Shown here: positions 29,083-43,737 of the stretch, piece by piece
Layout of the letters: each line of letters starts with the position of its first letter
Position numbering within the stretch: the stretch's first letter is position 1
Assembly (NCBI RefSeq): GCF_009914755.1
Contig: NC_060925.1
DNA: 64,000 bases
Reading direction: 5' to 3' (one strand)
Source of the DNA: the human T2T-CHM13v2.0 reference genome, Homo sapiens
Translations under genes and position numbers: made by a program
Notes under the pieces: generated by a model
What the model was told of the DNA's origin: nothing
Database searches by the model: none
Seen by the model: the letters and a program-made list of their open reading frames with translations, nothing else

Positions 29083-32000
29083 GAAAGAAATCAGATGTTT
29101 TGGTTTGCACTAGTGAATTAATCAAGCCTAAGACCATTCTGAAATATAATATTTTTTGTTTTGTGTTTCCATGTGAAAATGTTATTGATTATATAATTAA
29201 TGCATTTAATTAGAAGAGTATTGATATTAAAGTTTCTAGGCTAGAGTGTATGAACTGGAGTTTGAATGCTAATAATAGAAAATATATATGTAATGCAAGA
29301 AAAATATCATGTAAAACAGGACTCAAGTTGCTGGGTCAATATGTAACACTTATCTAACTGAAAGTATGTTTAAAATAGAATCACTTTTACATATTGAAGT
29401 GAGTAAAAGTATGCCACTAACCAGATGTCATAAAAATCCAAGAACAGAATATAAGAAAAGAGTTTGATAGAAAATAGTACAAAAATCCCAAAAAGAATGG
29501 TTTAAAATTAGATTTAAAAAGTGAAGAAGGTTATATGTGTGTTACATGCCATCACTTCAAATAAAGTTGTACAAACTGAATGTTTTCCAGCCAATCATCT
29601 GTGGGAGAAGTAAGAAACAAGAATAACTGTACTATAACATGTTTTTGGATATTTTCAAAACATCTCAATAATTTCAAGTCAATGTGCCACTTTATACGTT
29701 TTAAATCTTTATATTATATGCATCATAAAACTTAGCATTGATCTAGAATATTATGTGTAAACCTATAATATTGTTTACAATTTTAGATTATTAAATGCTT
29801 ATAAAATATTATCCTAGTTATACTAAACTATCAGAAAAATAGATTCTCTATTTTATAAAACAAAACAAAATAGAATTATTAAATAAATAATTAAAATAAT
29901 TAAAGTAAATTGAAAACGTATTTCGGAAATTGTTTCATAGAAGTGCCCAAAGCCAAATGAGGTGAGACATTTCACAAGGTATTGTCTCTCATTCCTGGAA
30001 GAAACCTGTGGCTAGGGTGACACAAAAGTTAAAGGACAGGACCACATTCAATGCTTGTCACACACCATAACATATGGTATTTTTTTTCCTCTTAGGTACA
30101 ATGCTGTAAATGGTAGGTAATTTGTCTAAATCATCCTTGAGATATAATGTGAAGAAAATGACAGACATTTTTAAGCTAAGTGAACCCAAAATTAATTTGA
30201 AATGTCCTCAAAATATAAGAAACTAAGTCAATTTATTGATTGTAGCTTCTTTAATTAGTAGATATTTCTCCACTTAATTACACAGAAAACAAATTTGACT
30301 GCAACTAGCATGGAAAATCTAAATCATATTATTTTTGTTCCTATTATGATATTCATTTTTCATATGAAAAGTCTTAACATTTTTAATTCAAACTAATGTG
30401 TGCAAAGATAGGCACACCTCATTTTATTGAGCTTTGCTTTATTGTGCTTTAGAGAGATAGATTTTTTTAAAAAATTAAAGGTTTATGTCAACTTTGCATC
30501 TAACAAGTCTATGGCTCCATTTTACCATCAGCATATGCTCACTTCATGTTCCTGTTTCACATTTTGGTAATTCTAACAATTCAATTTATTATTATTATTA
30601 TTTGATCTGTTATTGTAATATGTGATCAGTGATCTTTGATGTTACTATTGTAATGGGTCTGAAGTGCCACAAATTATGCTTCTATAACATAGCAAATGTA
30701 ATCCATAAATGTTTTTGTCCTGACCACTCTACCCACCAACTGGCTCCTCCCTGTGTCTCACTCTTTTCCTCTCTCTCAGTCTCTCCTTGGGCCTCCCTAT
30801 GCCCTGAGACACAGCAGCATTGAAATTAGGCCAATTTATAACCCTACAGTAACTTATAAGTGTGCAAGTGAAAAAAAGAGTTAAACGTCTCTCTCACTTT
30901 AAAGTAAAAGCTGGAAACAATTAGGCTTAGTGAAGAAGGCACGTCAAAAGTCAAGATAGGTCAAAAGCCAGGCCTCCTGCACCAGAGTTAGCCAAACTGA
31001 AAGAAATTAAAGTGCTGCAGGGAGCACATGGATGATAAAAAAGCAAAATAGAACTGTTGCTGACAGGGAGAAAGTTTGTATGGCATGAATAAAAAGTTAA
31101 ATCCGCTGCAATATTCCCTTAAACCAAAGCCTAATTCAAAGCAAGGGCCCAAGTCTCTTCAGTTCTGTAAAGGCTGAGAGCAGTGAGAAAGCTGCAGAAG
31201 AAAAGTTTGAAGCTAGCAGAGGTTGGCTCATAAGGTTTAAGAAAAGAAGCCACTTTCATATCATGAAAGTGCAAGGTAAAGCAGCAAGTGCTGATGTAGA
31301 AGCTGCAGCAAGCTATCCAGAAGATTTAGGTAAGACTGCTGATGAAGGTGGCAATACTAAACAATAGATTTTCAACATAGATTAAATTTCTATTGGAAGG
31401 AGATGCCATCTGTGACTTTCATAGCTACAGATAAGAAGTCAGCGTTTGTTCAAAGCTTCAAACGACAGGCTTACTCTCATTAGGGACTAATGAAGCTAGT
31501 GATTTTAAGTTGAAGCCAGTGTTCATTTACACTTGTGAAAGTCTGAGGGTCCTTAAGAATTAAGTTGCATCTACTCTGCCTGTTCTTCAGAGATGAAACC
31601 AGGCCTGGGTGATAGCGCCTCCGTTCACAGCGTGGTTTACTGAATATTTTAAGCCCACGATTTATACCCACTGCTCAGAAAAAGTTTTCATTCAAAATAT
31701 TCCTACTCAATGACAGCACACATAATCACCCAAGAAAGAGCTCTCATGGTGAGGTACATGAGAATTCATGTTGTTTTCATGCCTCCTAACACAACATCAA
31801 TTCTGCAGCCCGTGGATCAAAAACTAATTTTTATTTCTAACTCTTATTATGTAAGAAATACACTTCATAAGGTCATAGCTGCCACTGATAGTCATTCCTC
31901 TGATTTATGTGTGCAAAATAAATTGAAAACATTCTGGAATGGATTCACTATTCTAGATACTATTAAGAGTATTTGTGATTCATCTAAGGAGGTCAAGATA

Positions 32001-32387
32001 TTAACATTAACAGTTTAGGAGAGGTTAATTCCAACCCTCAGGATTGACTTTCAGTGCCTCAAAATGTCAGTGAATGAAGTAACTGCTGATGTGGTGGAAA
32101 CAGTAAGAAAACTAGAATTAGAAGTGGAATCTGATGATGTGACTGAATTTCTGAAATCTTATGATCAGACTTTAATGGATAAGAAGTTGCCTGTTGGATG
32201 AGCACAGAAAGTGTTTCCTTGATGGTCTTCTGGTGATGGTGCTGTGAACATTTTAAAAATGAAAACAAAGAGTTTTGAATATTCCATAAACTTAATGGAT
32301 AAAGCAGCAGCAGTTTTTGAGAAGATGACTCTAATTTTGAAGACATTCTACTGTGGATAAAATGCTATCAAACGGCATTGAATGCTC

Positions 32388-32426
<39 letters not shown>
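32388..32426. repeat. (TG)n(CG)3(TG)n microsatellite
   Basis: Directly visible alternating purine-pyrimidine run. Confidence 0.92.
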
Positions 32427-32439
32427 AAAAGGAAGAGCC

Positions 32440-32772
<333 letters not shown>

Positions 32773-35700
32773 TTATTTTAATAAATTGCCATAACCACCC
32801 CACTCTTCAGCAACCACTAGCCTGATCAGTCTCCACCAGCAAAAGATGACAACTGGCTGAAGGCTTAGATGATTGTTAGCATTTTTGTGCAATCAAGTAT
32901 TTTTATATTAAGGTATGTTCATTGTTTTATTAGATGTATGCTGCTGCTCACTTAATAGACTACAGTCTATTTATTCTATAATGTAAACATGAATTTTACA
33001 TTGACAATGCACCAAATAATTTGTGTGACTCACTTTATTGCAATGTTCCCTTTATTGCAATGATCTGGAACTGAATCCACAATATATTTGAGATGTACCT
33101 GCAAGTAAATGCTGTGCAATTTTTTTAGTATTTTTAATAGAAAAAGACAAAGTGTTTAGACATTTTACTTCATGATGCTGAAAGCATATTTTAAACTATG
33201 AATTATTTATAGGATAGAAATTTTGGTGTATATTACATGTTTATTTTACTTAGAATTTTTTTAATGTTGCTTGATTGGATTTTTTGTTATTATTTACATG
33301 TTTCTGAGTCAGTTTATATTAAAAGTATTTGACCACATGGCTTTCTGGCTTTAGAGACAAAATTACTTGGATTTGGCTCTTAGTTCCATCATTTGAATTT
33401 TTAATCTGAGTGTGATCTAAAGGTTTTGATTTTTTTAATACCTGTAAAATAGATTTACTTATGTCATAATGTTATTTTGGAGAATAAATGAGGAAATGTA
33501 CATAGCCATGAGATCAATTAATAATTACTACCAACTTCTAGAAGTGCTTAATGGTATATAGAACACTTTTCTATATAGTATATTAAAATTTGATCCTTAC
33601 ATGAATCTTCTGCGTAGATATTATGAGCTTTACAGGTAGGAAAATAGAGACGAAAAAGGTTGAGTGACTCAGATAATTAATAATAGACCTAAGGATATCA
33701 TACCAATTTTTATTTCTTTGTTCAATTATGTTTCCAACATAATTGTTTAGACTAATAGAAAATAAAGTAACATATAAACAGAAAATCAAGAATGTGAAAT
33801 GTGGAAGTTAAGACTTTTTTGAGATGCCATATTTAATTTTAATTGGAGAGGCGTAAGAACATAATCATTGTAAATGCTTAGATGCTTTTAGTGTGTATGC
33901 CTTTGTATATATTGGACTTAAAAGATAGCTCCATTATTTTATACAGCATCTTAAGGTATGGATCACAAAATAATAATATTAATGCTTATTAATCTGATAC
34001 AGTCTTAATCGGTTTAAAAATGTTACAGAACATTATAATTCCATTATTTTCATGTAAAACTAAAAATTCCAGTATATTTCCACTTCTATAATTTTACATA
34101 GGAATACATTCCAGAATTAAATATCCCTATAACAACTATTTTACTTTTTTAAGTACTTGCTCATATATTTGCCTGATGTAAGAATTTTGTATTTAGAAAT
34201 TAAAAAATACTTTTGTCAACTAAAAATACAACTCCATAATAATCATCGTAAGTGTAAAATGCATTACGATAAATATTTACTTGTCTATTTCAACAAAAAA
34301 GTTTTTTGGTCATGATTACTAGAAATAAAAGCAACCAGTTTATAGAGATATAAGGAATACGAGTATTCACAATAAATAACACAGTATTTACATATTGACT
34401 CTAATACAAAAATATCATTTTCAAGTATGCACACCCACATTCACCTGAGAGAGACCAACTAATCAGGAGAATACTGCATTGTAAATGAAAATATAATACA
34501 CATTTTAAAAAAAGAAAAAATGTATAACACAACAAACAAAAAATAAACACAGGACATTTTTGCAATTTAATTGTTTCATTCAATTTAAAATATTGTCTTG
34601 GAGTATTACAGTTAACATCTTAAAAATAAATTCCAGAAAATATCTAGACCGTAAGTATCTTACATTCAAACTTGAAAAAAACTAGCATTTGCAAGAAGAG
34701 AAAAACACATGAAAAAAATTGCAATTAAAATGTCACAATGAAAAGCAAACAAATTTAGAGTCATCTTGTTTAAACCACACATTTAAAATAACTAAATAAG
34801 ACTCCATTGTGCTAAATATTGTCCTTTGTAATTATAAACCCAGCTAATTTGCCATCTGTGGAAATGAAGCTAGGCTATTGCAAAGAATTATAAAAATGGA
34901 ATAGTTTGAATTGCATATGTGGGCCAGCAGATGTCACTCTTGTTAAAAGACTGAGTAATCGTTCCTGAAGGGTAATTGTCCCCTATGGTGGTGGGCAGAA
35001 TTTCAACATGTGAAGGATTAAGCCCTGACCCTCTTTTCACCTCCCCACCTACTTTACACTAATGACAACAGAATCAGTAAATTAGAAATGTCAGCTGCTT
35101 TGCCATCAGTTTCCAAAGCTGTTTGGTCTAACTATAATTTATGGTCAATGGTTATATAAGCAGCATTGCCAAATCTCTGTAATTATTACAGAGATGTAGC
35201 CAGGCACAGAAAATAAATGTTGCTGTAAGCTAAACCAAGCTCTGACATTACTATAATTAGGCTGATGATTCATGCCATTTGTTTCTCTTAGAAGATACAT
35301 AGAGTATCTAGAAGACAGTGAGAAAATTAAGCCTGAATTTTCGAATGATTTTTTTTTCTTTTATGAAACTAGAGTTCGATCAACTAAGAATCGACAAGGC
35401 CTGTTAATTTACTACCTTTAATTACTCAAAGCATTCATAATATTTTAGGGTGTAACATTTTGGAAATGTTACTGATGTGAGATATTTATGAAGCAAACAA
35501 ATAATTTAAAAAATAAATGTCCGGAATTAGGGTATCATTTCTGGAATGTATATATAGAGAGATAAGGTGCATGTGTGTGTACCACATGCTCATATATATG
35601 GTATACTCTGTAAGAAGAAAATATCAAATTCTTGTTAGTTGGATATAAAACACATATTAGTTGTCATATAGTGAATGAAACACATATTATAATAGTTTGT

Positions 35701-36759
35701 CATATAGTGAATACATAAGAATCTATCATTATTCTTCAGGTAAAATTCTTCTTTTGGTAAATAATTTATTATATTAATGGGATTGGTCACACCTCCTTTG
35801 GACAAAACTATGAATGAAACTAATAAAATTAGAGAAATCCTGGGTTCAAATACTAGTTCTACAAATCATTAAGTTTGTGGGCTTAAACTACATAACTTCT
35901 CTTATATACAGCTTTTTATAAATCTAGAAATAAGAAAACACCAATATCTTAGAACAATTAAATTGGTTAAATAAAGTAATATAAAAAAGAAATTGTACAG
36001 CACTTCGAACTTTCAGAATCTCAAAAGAGTTTTTAGTTCTCATCCTAAGTAACTTGAATTTCCCAATGAGGCCACTGATAATGATCACACGTGCCACAGC
36101 CTAGTCATTCCAATAAAATATTAACAATAATTTATGCAGCTGGAAGATGTCCTAAGGTTATTTATTCTATTGTCCTACCTAATGTAGAATTAATTGCAGG
36201 TTTACATACTTTAACATCTTATAAAAATGGAAGTGATATACTACCAGAGCATTTCTAGTTCACTACTTCACAAAACAGCTTTCTATTTTTGACCAGCTAT
36301 ACTTATCCTAGTAACGTTGACTTAAAACATGCTTTTCATTTGCTACTTCAATGTAGCCCCAGATATGGACTTAGTAGATATACAAAATACATTTTTCACA
36401 TCAAAATACTTCAACATGTTATAACAGCAATCATGTTATTGTAATAGATTTCCAGTTATAGCAATATCACCTGGTACTGAGATGTTTATTATTACCTACC
36501 TTATAGTTTCATTTGAGAATTTATTAACATGTTACTCATGAAAAATCTTTATCTCAGTGCCTTGCATATATTAAATATGCCATGAATTTGTATTATGTTG
36601 CCCTACTTATCATTTTATATGCTAACTTCTATGAATACAACACATTTCATTACTCTATGTCTTACCGCATTGTGATTAAACCTGGCTATAGTGTCTCAGA
36701 TATGGAATTATTATCCCTCACATTTTTGTAATTAATTTTACATTTTATTATTGTTCTAG

Positions 36760-37143
36760 GATATGCATCGTGACATTAACTGAGGCTGACCTGCTCTAAA
36801 CAAAATTCTTACATAATTTAGGACTATTTTATTTCAATTAACAGGAAAACAAAATAGCTCAAAGAATATCAGTTGCATTGACTCATTTAACTAAATGTAA
36901 ATAAAAGAAAAGAGTAGGTATTGATTCTGACTTCTAATTGATTCAGAGGTACAAATAATGTTACCAAGACAAATAATGTTACTGAGACCTAGTTATGACC
37001 TAGTTTCTGTGCCTGCCCCCCGCCTCCTTGCTCTCTCTTATTCTGGTTCATCTACATGATTCAAATATATGAGGGGCTTCTCTGCTTTCATTTTTATGGC
37101 AAAAGTTGATTTTACAATGGAACCAAATTGAATACTCAGAAAG

Positions 37144-37188
<45 letters not shown>

Positions 37189-37330
37189 CATCTGGGGGAG
37201 AGAGAGAAAAAAAAAATCTGTATTATAGTATAACTTAAGCTGCTAAGATTTCCAAAGCCATTCTGATTAATGGTCTTTCATGAGACCTAATGTTTCCCAC
37301 TTTCTGGAACTTATAAATGGCTTATCTTTG
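36760..37330. mobile_element. Old MLT1(J/K)-like LTR remnant containing a (TG)n
   Basis: Weak match ('gactcatttaactaaa', 'gattcagaggtacaaataatgttacc', 'attctgattaatgg'). Confidence 0.35.
37145..37185. repeat. (TG)~20 microsatellite
   Basis: Directly visible. Confidence 0.95.
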
Positions 37331-37789
37331 CCTCTAGCCTTAATTTAATTTTTAATTTCATGATAATACATTGCTCTATCTTCATGAATTGTGATGTGAC
37401 TCAGTAGGCAATTTCATATTGGAAACTCTTATCCTTCAGTTGTAAAAATGTGTGAAAGAAAAATGTGTTTCCTTGGTTATTGCCTTGCTTTGATATTTCC
37501 CTATTATTCAAATATTAGTCCTCCTAAAGTGGTCCTCTAATTGCCAGAATTTTTTTCTCCTACTTTTGCCACTTCAAGTATTGTTTGGTCTCTTCTCTGG
37601 GAGCTCTCAAGGGTTTCTCTTCTAACTCTTCTGGAGATAGGAAGCAAAAGCACTTTTAAACAAGTTGCTGGGTGGCAGCTGAATAAGTACGTCATAAATA
37701 TTAGAGAGAGAAGGCAAAAACAGAACAGAACAAAACAAAACGCACCTATTGAGCTCTGGTTCAAAGAATGTCATGCATGCTGAAGGAGA

Positions 37790-38300
37790 ACATCTCCACA
37801 TCTGAGAAATTTACTTTGCTAGTTAGTAATGTAAATGAGTCTTAAGCTATTGCATCAATGTACCATGGAGGCTAGATTCTCATGAGAAGAAACACTAAGT
37901 TGCATTTACAATTCTGTGATCCGAGTTCCTCATCAAAATCAACATATTGTACAACATCAGGATGGTATCTGTAGATGATGCTGCAGGGAAGGCAAATCCA
38001 TATTCAGATGAAGTGGCTTTTTCAGTGATAACCAATCATGGATACTTCCTTGACGGAACTGGTTTGTTGTAATTAACTTGCTATCAGGTGTACGCCTAAT
38101 CTTCCAGGGAAATAAAGCCATTCTTCCACTAAAAACTGATAGGTGCTATTGACAGGCTGAGGTTTCACCAATAGTGGTAGCCAGGTCAATCTCGGAGAAC
38201 TAAAGTTCCTGCAGTTGAGCTCAGGCACAGACTTATCACTCTATACACGTGGACATTAAGTAAACCATACTCTGTCCCCTTGTTTTGGGCAATATTTCCA
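37790..38300 (-). pseudogene. ERVL-class integrase (pol) relic
   Basis: Minus-strand translation gives DLATT..., T**QVNYNKPVPSR and ...SEYGFAFPA, colinear with the HERV-L integrase segment DLATA/TWWQVDYIGPLPS/SGYGFAFPA; stops and frameshifts present. Confidence 0.75.
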
Positions 38301-41300
38301 GCAGGGGTTGAATCTCCTTTGGGGTTCCACTGCCTACAAGACAACCCTCTCCTGTATAGCTCCAGCTCCAACCAGGAAGCACTTTGTCATATCTACAGTT
38401 CCAAATGAGTGACCACAAGTCTTGGGGTCCAGTAACACCATCTTTTACTGTTACTCTCTAAACCAAGGTATAGTGGAAGCTTGCTTGTGTTTCTTATTTT
38501 TAAGTTGTCACACTGTCTTCTGTTGGCCTTTCTATTTTGCCTGCGTTCTGATTCCTCTGTGTAATTATCTGGAGTGATTATACCATAATAATAACCTATT
38601 GATAATATTATAATAAAAACCTATTGACATTAATTCATTGAGCCATTTAACAGGGCAACAAGACAATTTGTATTCACATTTCCATAGTGTTGTCCTAGTT
38701 TTTGAATTTCCTTTTAAGCAGCAGGTTTTTACTTATCCTTGATTGTGCTTCCTGTTTGGTTTTGGCTAATTTTACACATGTAAAATTTTCCAACTTTGTC
38801 TTGCTTTCTAATTTTGTTTAGTCTCTTTCCCAGGAAAAAAACTGGTGGGGCTAAAAAAAATTCTCCCAAATATGTTGTTCTTTTATTTTCCTGTGGCTAA
38901 AATTAAATCACTTGCTTCCGTCTATATAATAGATTACATTTCTGTGTTTCCAAATTACACGTATTTCTCTAAATACACCTTTGTATTTTCATGTACTACT
39001 TTCTAATTTGAACTTCCCATGAAAAGAAACATGTTAGTAAGATTCTTCTTGATTCTGCACTTATTTTGTCATTTCTTTGCCCCTTGCATTTTTCTCTAAG
39101 ATGTAGTATTTACCAAAAAGCATCCCCTTGTTAGAAGTTTGCATATAAAAAGAAGGACAAATTCACCTGCATCAATCTTTCCCTCAAATTGGTCACTTCC
39201 TCTGACTAAGCTCCAAAATACTGCATACAGAAACTGCATATATAAATACTGCATATTGAAAATAAATATAGAAATAGTGCATATAGGAATATTGCATATT
39301 GACCATAATCAATATAAATGACCTACTTTTAAAACCTCATTGCTCTAGATGTTGCCATATTTCTGTAGGAATTTTATAAACTATTTTTCTATTTTTTTTT
39401 ACTGTCTTTACAGGGATACATTTTGCATAAAATAAAATGTTTTCATTTTTGGTGTGCAATTTGATGAATTTTTAAAACTATACATTCATATAACAACATG
39501 AGTGTATATAACAAACAAAATCACAATACTTATATTTATTCCAAAAAGATTCCATTGCCCTTCTGCAGTTAATCACGAAATATCTGGTCCCAGAAAAACA
39601 ACTATCTTCTTTCTGCCATTATAAACTAGTTTTATTTTTCGTAGGGTTTCATTCGAATTGAATCATATATTAGGTTATTTTTCTGTAAATTTTCTGAATT
39701 TCTAGAATTTTCAAATGTTTAGCTTTTACTTTTAGGTGTATGTTACATTTCAAGTTTTTTTTAAAGCATGATTTGAATTAACTGTTGAAATATATATAAA
39801 ATCTGCAGTTGTTACAACATAATTTGTTGTAAGGACTGTATCAATTGAATTACCTTAGTATTGCAATTGGCTTTTACGTATGGCATAATTCAGGTTTCTT
39901 TATTATGCTATTTTATTTGTAAACCTACCCTTATGACAATACCAGACTTAATTGTTTACTATGTCTTTATAGTAGTGGTAAGTCTTGAAAACAGACTTCC
40001 AGCTTATTCTTTTTATATTTCAAAATGGTTTTTGCTATTCTAGGTTATTCACATTTCTCTAAAATCATTAGAATTGTTTTGTCAATTTTGTCAAAATATC
40101 TGCTGGCATTTTGATTGAGATAGCAATGAACAAGAAAATTAATTGGTAAAGAATTGATATCTTAGGATTAACCCTTCTGATCCATGAACATCATATACCT
40201 CTTTTTTTACCTATTATTATAATGCTTTATACTTCTTCATATAAAGTTCTAAGAAATATATGTTTAACTTTCTACCTAAGTATTTATTATATGATATTCT
40301 ACATTTTCTAAAGTTTAACCCTCTGATTGTTGAATGCTAACATATAAAATTAAAATTTTGTTTAATTGACAATTATATTCCAAGACATTGCTAAAGAAGC
40401 TTATTCATTCAAGTAACTTTTTGGAAGATTCAAATGTTCTACAAATATAATTGTGTTGTCTGTGAAGAAAAGGCAATTTAACTTCCTTATTTCCAATCTG
40501 TAAGACTCTTTTTTTTTTCTTTTTCTTACTATATTGTACTAGCTAGGATGTCTAGTATAGTGCTGAATAGAAATGGGCATAATTTTAGAGAGAAAGCATT
40601 GTGTCATTCAGCAGTATATAAGATGTTGGCTTCAGGTTTTCCTTGATGTACTTTATTTCATTAAGCAACTTTTCTTCTATTCCTCTTTTCTTTTTTTATA
40701 TTTTAAATTTTAAAAAAAATTTGTGGGTACATAGTGGGTTTATATATTTATGGGGTATAAGAGATGTTTTGATCTTGTTACTTGTTTTTGTCTGTTTAGG
40801 TTTTGGATTTCTTCCTGGTTCAATCTTGGTAGGTTGTATGTACCTAGGAATTTGTCCATTTCTTCTATATTTTCCAACTTATTGGCAAATAGTTGCTTAT
40901 AGTAGCCACTATTGATCCTTTGAATTTATGTAGTATCATTTCATTTCTGATTTTTTGTATTTAGATCTTCTTTCTTTCCTTAATTATTCTGACTAAAGAT
41001 TGGTCAATTTTTAACTTTTCAAAAAATCAACTTTTTGTTTCATTGATATTATTCTCTTTATTTCAGTTTCATCTATTTCTGCCCTGTTATTTCTTTACTT
41101 CTACTAATTTTGGGTTTGGTTTGCTTTTCATTTTCTGGTTGAGTTTCATCATTAGATTATTTGAAATTTTTCCTCTTTTTTGATGTAGGCACACATAACT
41201 ATAAACTTCTTTCTTAGTATTGCTTTTGCTATATCCCATATTTATGAATTTCTTTCTTAATTTCTTCATTAACTCACTGGACATTCAGGAGCATATTGTT

Positions 41301-41964
41301 TAATTTCCGTATCTGTGCAGTTTCCAAAATTCATCTTGTTATTAATTGCTAGTTTTATTCAATTGTGGTCAGAAAAAATGCTTGATACTATTTCAATTTT
41401 TTTAATGTTTTAAGACTTGTTTTGTGATGTGACATATGATCTACCCTTGAGAATAAAACATGCTCTGAGGAAAAGAATGTGTATTCTGCAGCTCTTGGAT
41501 AAAATGTTTTCACTGGCATGGACTATCTTTTTTGTTTCTTTATTTTCAGCCTATGTGTGTCTTCATAGGTGAAGTGTGTTTCTTATAAGCTACTGACCAA
41601 CGGGTCTTCTTTTTTCATCCATACAGCCAACCCATGTCTTTTGATTGAATAAAAAGTTTAGTCCATTTACTTTCAATGTTATTATTGATAAGTAAGAACA
41701 TACTCCTGCCATTTTGTTATTTGTTTTCTGTGTTGTTTTTGATTGTTGTTGATTTGTGTTTTTATCTTCTCATCCTTCTTTCTTTCCTTCATGTCTTTTT
41801 CTAGTAAAGGTGATTTTCTCTGGTAATATGATTTAGTTCTTTGCTTTTTATTTTTTTGTGTATCCATTATTGTTTTTCAGTTTGAGGTTACCATGAGACT
41901 CGCAAATGCTATCTTGTAACTCATTACTTTAACCTGATGACAGCTTAACAGTATTTGAATGAAT

Positions 41965-42035
41965 AGACAAAGAAGCAAAAAGGAAACTAAGAAAATCTCC
42001 AGACAAAGAAGCAAAAAGGAAACTAAGAAAATCTC
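41965..42035. repeat. Perfect 35-bp tandem duplication
   Basis: agacaaagaagcaaaaaggaaactaagaaaatctc at 41965-41999 and 42001-42035. Confidence 0.97.
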
Positions 42036-43651
42036 TACTTCTTAACTTTGTCTCCCCCAATTTTTAACTTTTTATTATTTCATTTATATCTTCTTGTTGT
42101 ATTGTCTATGTCTGGAAAATTGTAGTTATTATTTTTTGTTGGTTCATCATTTAGTCTTTCTTCTCAGGATAAGAATAGTTTACATGCCATAGTTACAGTG
42201 TGATAATATTCTGTTTTTCTGCACACTTACTATTCCCAGTGAGTTTTGTACCTTCAGGTGATTACTTATTGCTCATTAATGTCCTTTTCTCTCTGATTTA
42301 AGTACTCCTATTAGCATATTTTGCAAGATGCGTCTGGTATTAATGAAATCCCTCAACTCTTGCTTGTCTGGGAAAGTCTTTGCTTCCCCTTCATGTATGA
42401 AGGATATTTTCACCAGATATATTATTCTAGAATAAAAGTTGTTTTTCTTTTTCTTTCTTCAGCACTTTGAATATGTCATGCCACTCTCTCCTGGCCTAAT
42501 AACGTTTCCACTGAAAAGTCTGCTGCCAGATGTATTGGAGCTCTATTAGGACCTTCTGCTATTTATCCTTGACTTTTGTAAGTTTGATTATTAAATGCTC
42601 GAGGTAGTCTTCTCTGGGTTAAATCTGCTTGTTGTTCTATAGCCTTCTTGTACTTAGATATTAACATCTTTATTTAGGTTTGAGAAGTTCTTTGTTATTA
42701 TTTCTTTCAATAACATTTCAACTACTATCTTTTTCTACCTTCTATTTAAAGCCAGTTAACTCTTAGATTTGAGGCAATTTTCTAGATCCTGTAGGTTTGC
42801 TTCATTGTTTATGATTCTTTTTTCTTTTATGTCCTCTGATTGTATTTCCAAATAGCTTCTTTTCAAGCTCAATAATGATTTCTTCTGCTTGATCAATTCT
42901 GTTATTAAAGAGTCCTGATGCATTCTTAGTATGCCTATTGCATTTTTCAACTCCAGAATTTCTGCTTGGTTCTTCTTAATTATTTCAATCTGTTTGTTAA
43001 ATTTGTGTGATAGAATTCTGAATTCCTTCTCTGTGTTATCTTGTATTTCTTTGAGTTTCCTCAACACAGCTACTTTGAATTCTTTGTTGGAAAAGTCCCC
43101 ATTTCTCCAGGATTGGTCCTTAGTGCCTTATTTACTTCCTTTGGTGAGGTCATGTTTTCCTGGATGGTGTTGATGTCAGTAGATGTTCTTCAGTGTCTGG
43201 GTGTTGAATATTTAGGTGGTTATTGTAGTCTTCACTTTCTAGGCTTATTTGTAGCCATCCTTTTTGGGAACACTTCCCAGATATTTGAAAGAACTTGGAT
43301 GTTGTGATCTAAGCTGTGTCTGCCTTAGGGACCACCCCAAGTCCATAATGTGATTCTTACAGACTCATAGAGGTACTACCTTGATAATCTTGGACGACAA
43401 GCCCTGGCTGGGTCCAGACATGCTGTCTAGAAGTCAGGGACTAGAGAGACAAATCTTAGAAGTCTACTTGGTATTCTATTGTATTGCAGCTTACCTGGCA
43501 CTGGAACCACAAGATGCAGTTCTTCCCATTCTTCCCTCTTCTTTCCAAAGGCAGAAGAGCTTCACTCCATAGGCACTGCCACTCCTGGCTATCAGGAGTA
43601 CTGTCAGACTACTGTTGATACTTCCTTAAGGCTCAAATCTCTCTCTCTCTC

Positions 43652-43737
43652 TTTTTTTCTTATAGTTTTAGTGTATTTTTTCTTTCTTTTTTATTATACT
43701 TTAAATTTTAGGGTACATGTGCACAACATGCAGTTAG
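43652..43737 (-). mobile_element. Extremely 5'-truncated L1PA 3' end
   Basis: T-rich tail then 'ttattatactttaaattttagggtacatgtgcacaacatgcag'. Confidence 0.8.

Noticed and set aside
31710-32018. Domesticated TIGD-like transposase gene
   Set aside because: Only a 102-aa open piece of a Tigger1 transposase that is otherwise full of stops and frameshifts.
36952-37005. Tiny duplications (caaataatgttac x2, gacctagtt x2; similar ones near 12440, 38585, 54470 and 57830)
   Set aside because: Common micro-duplications with no sign of function.
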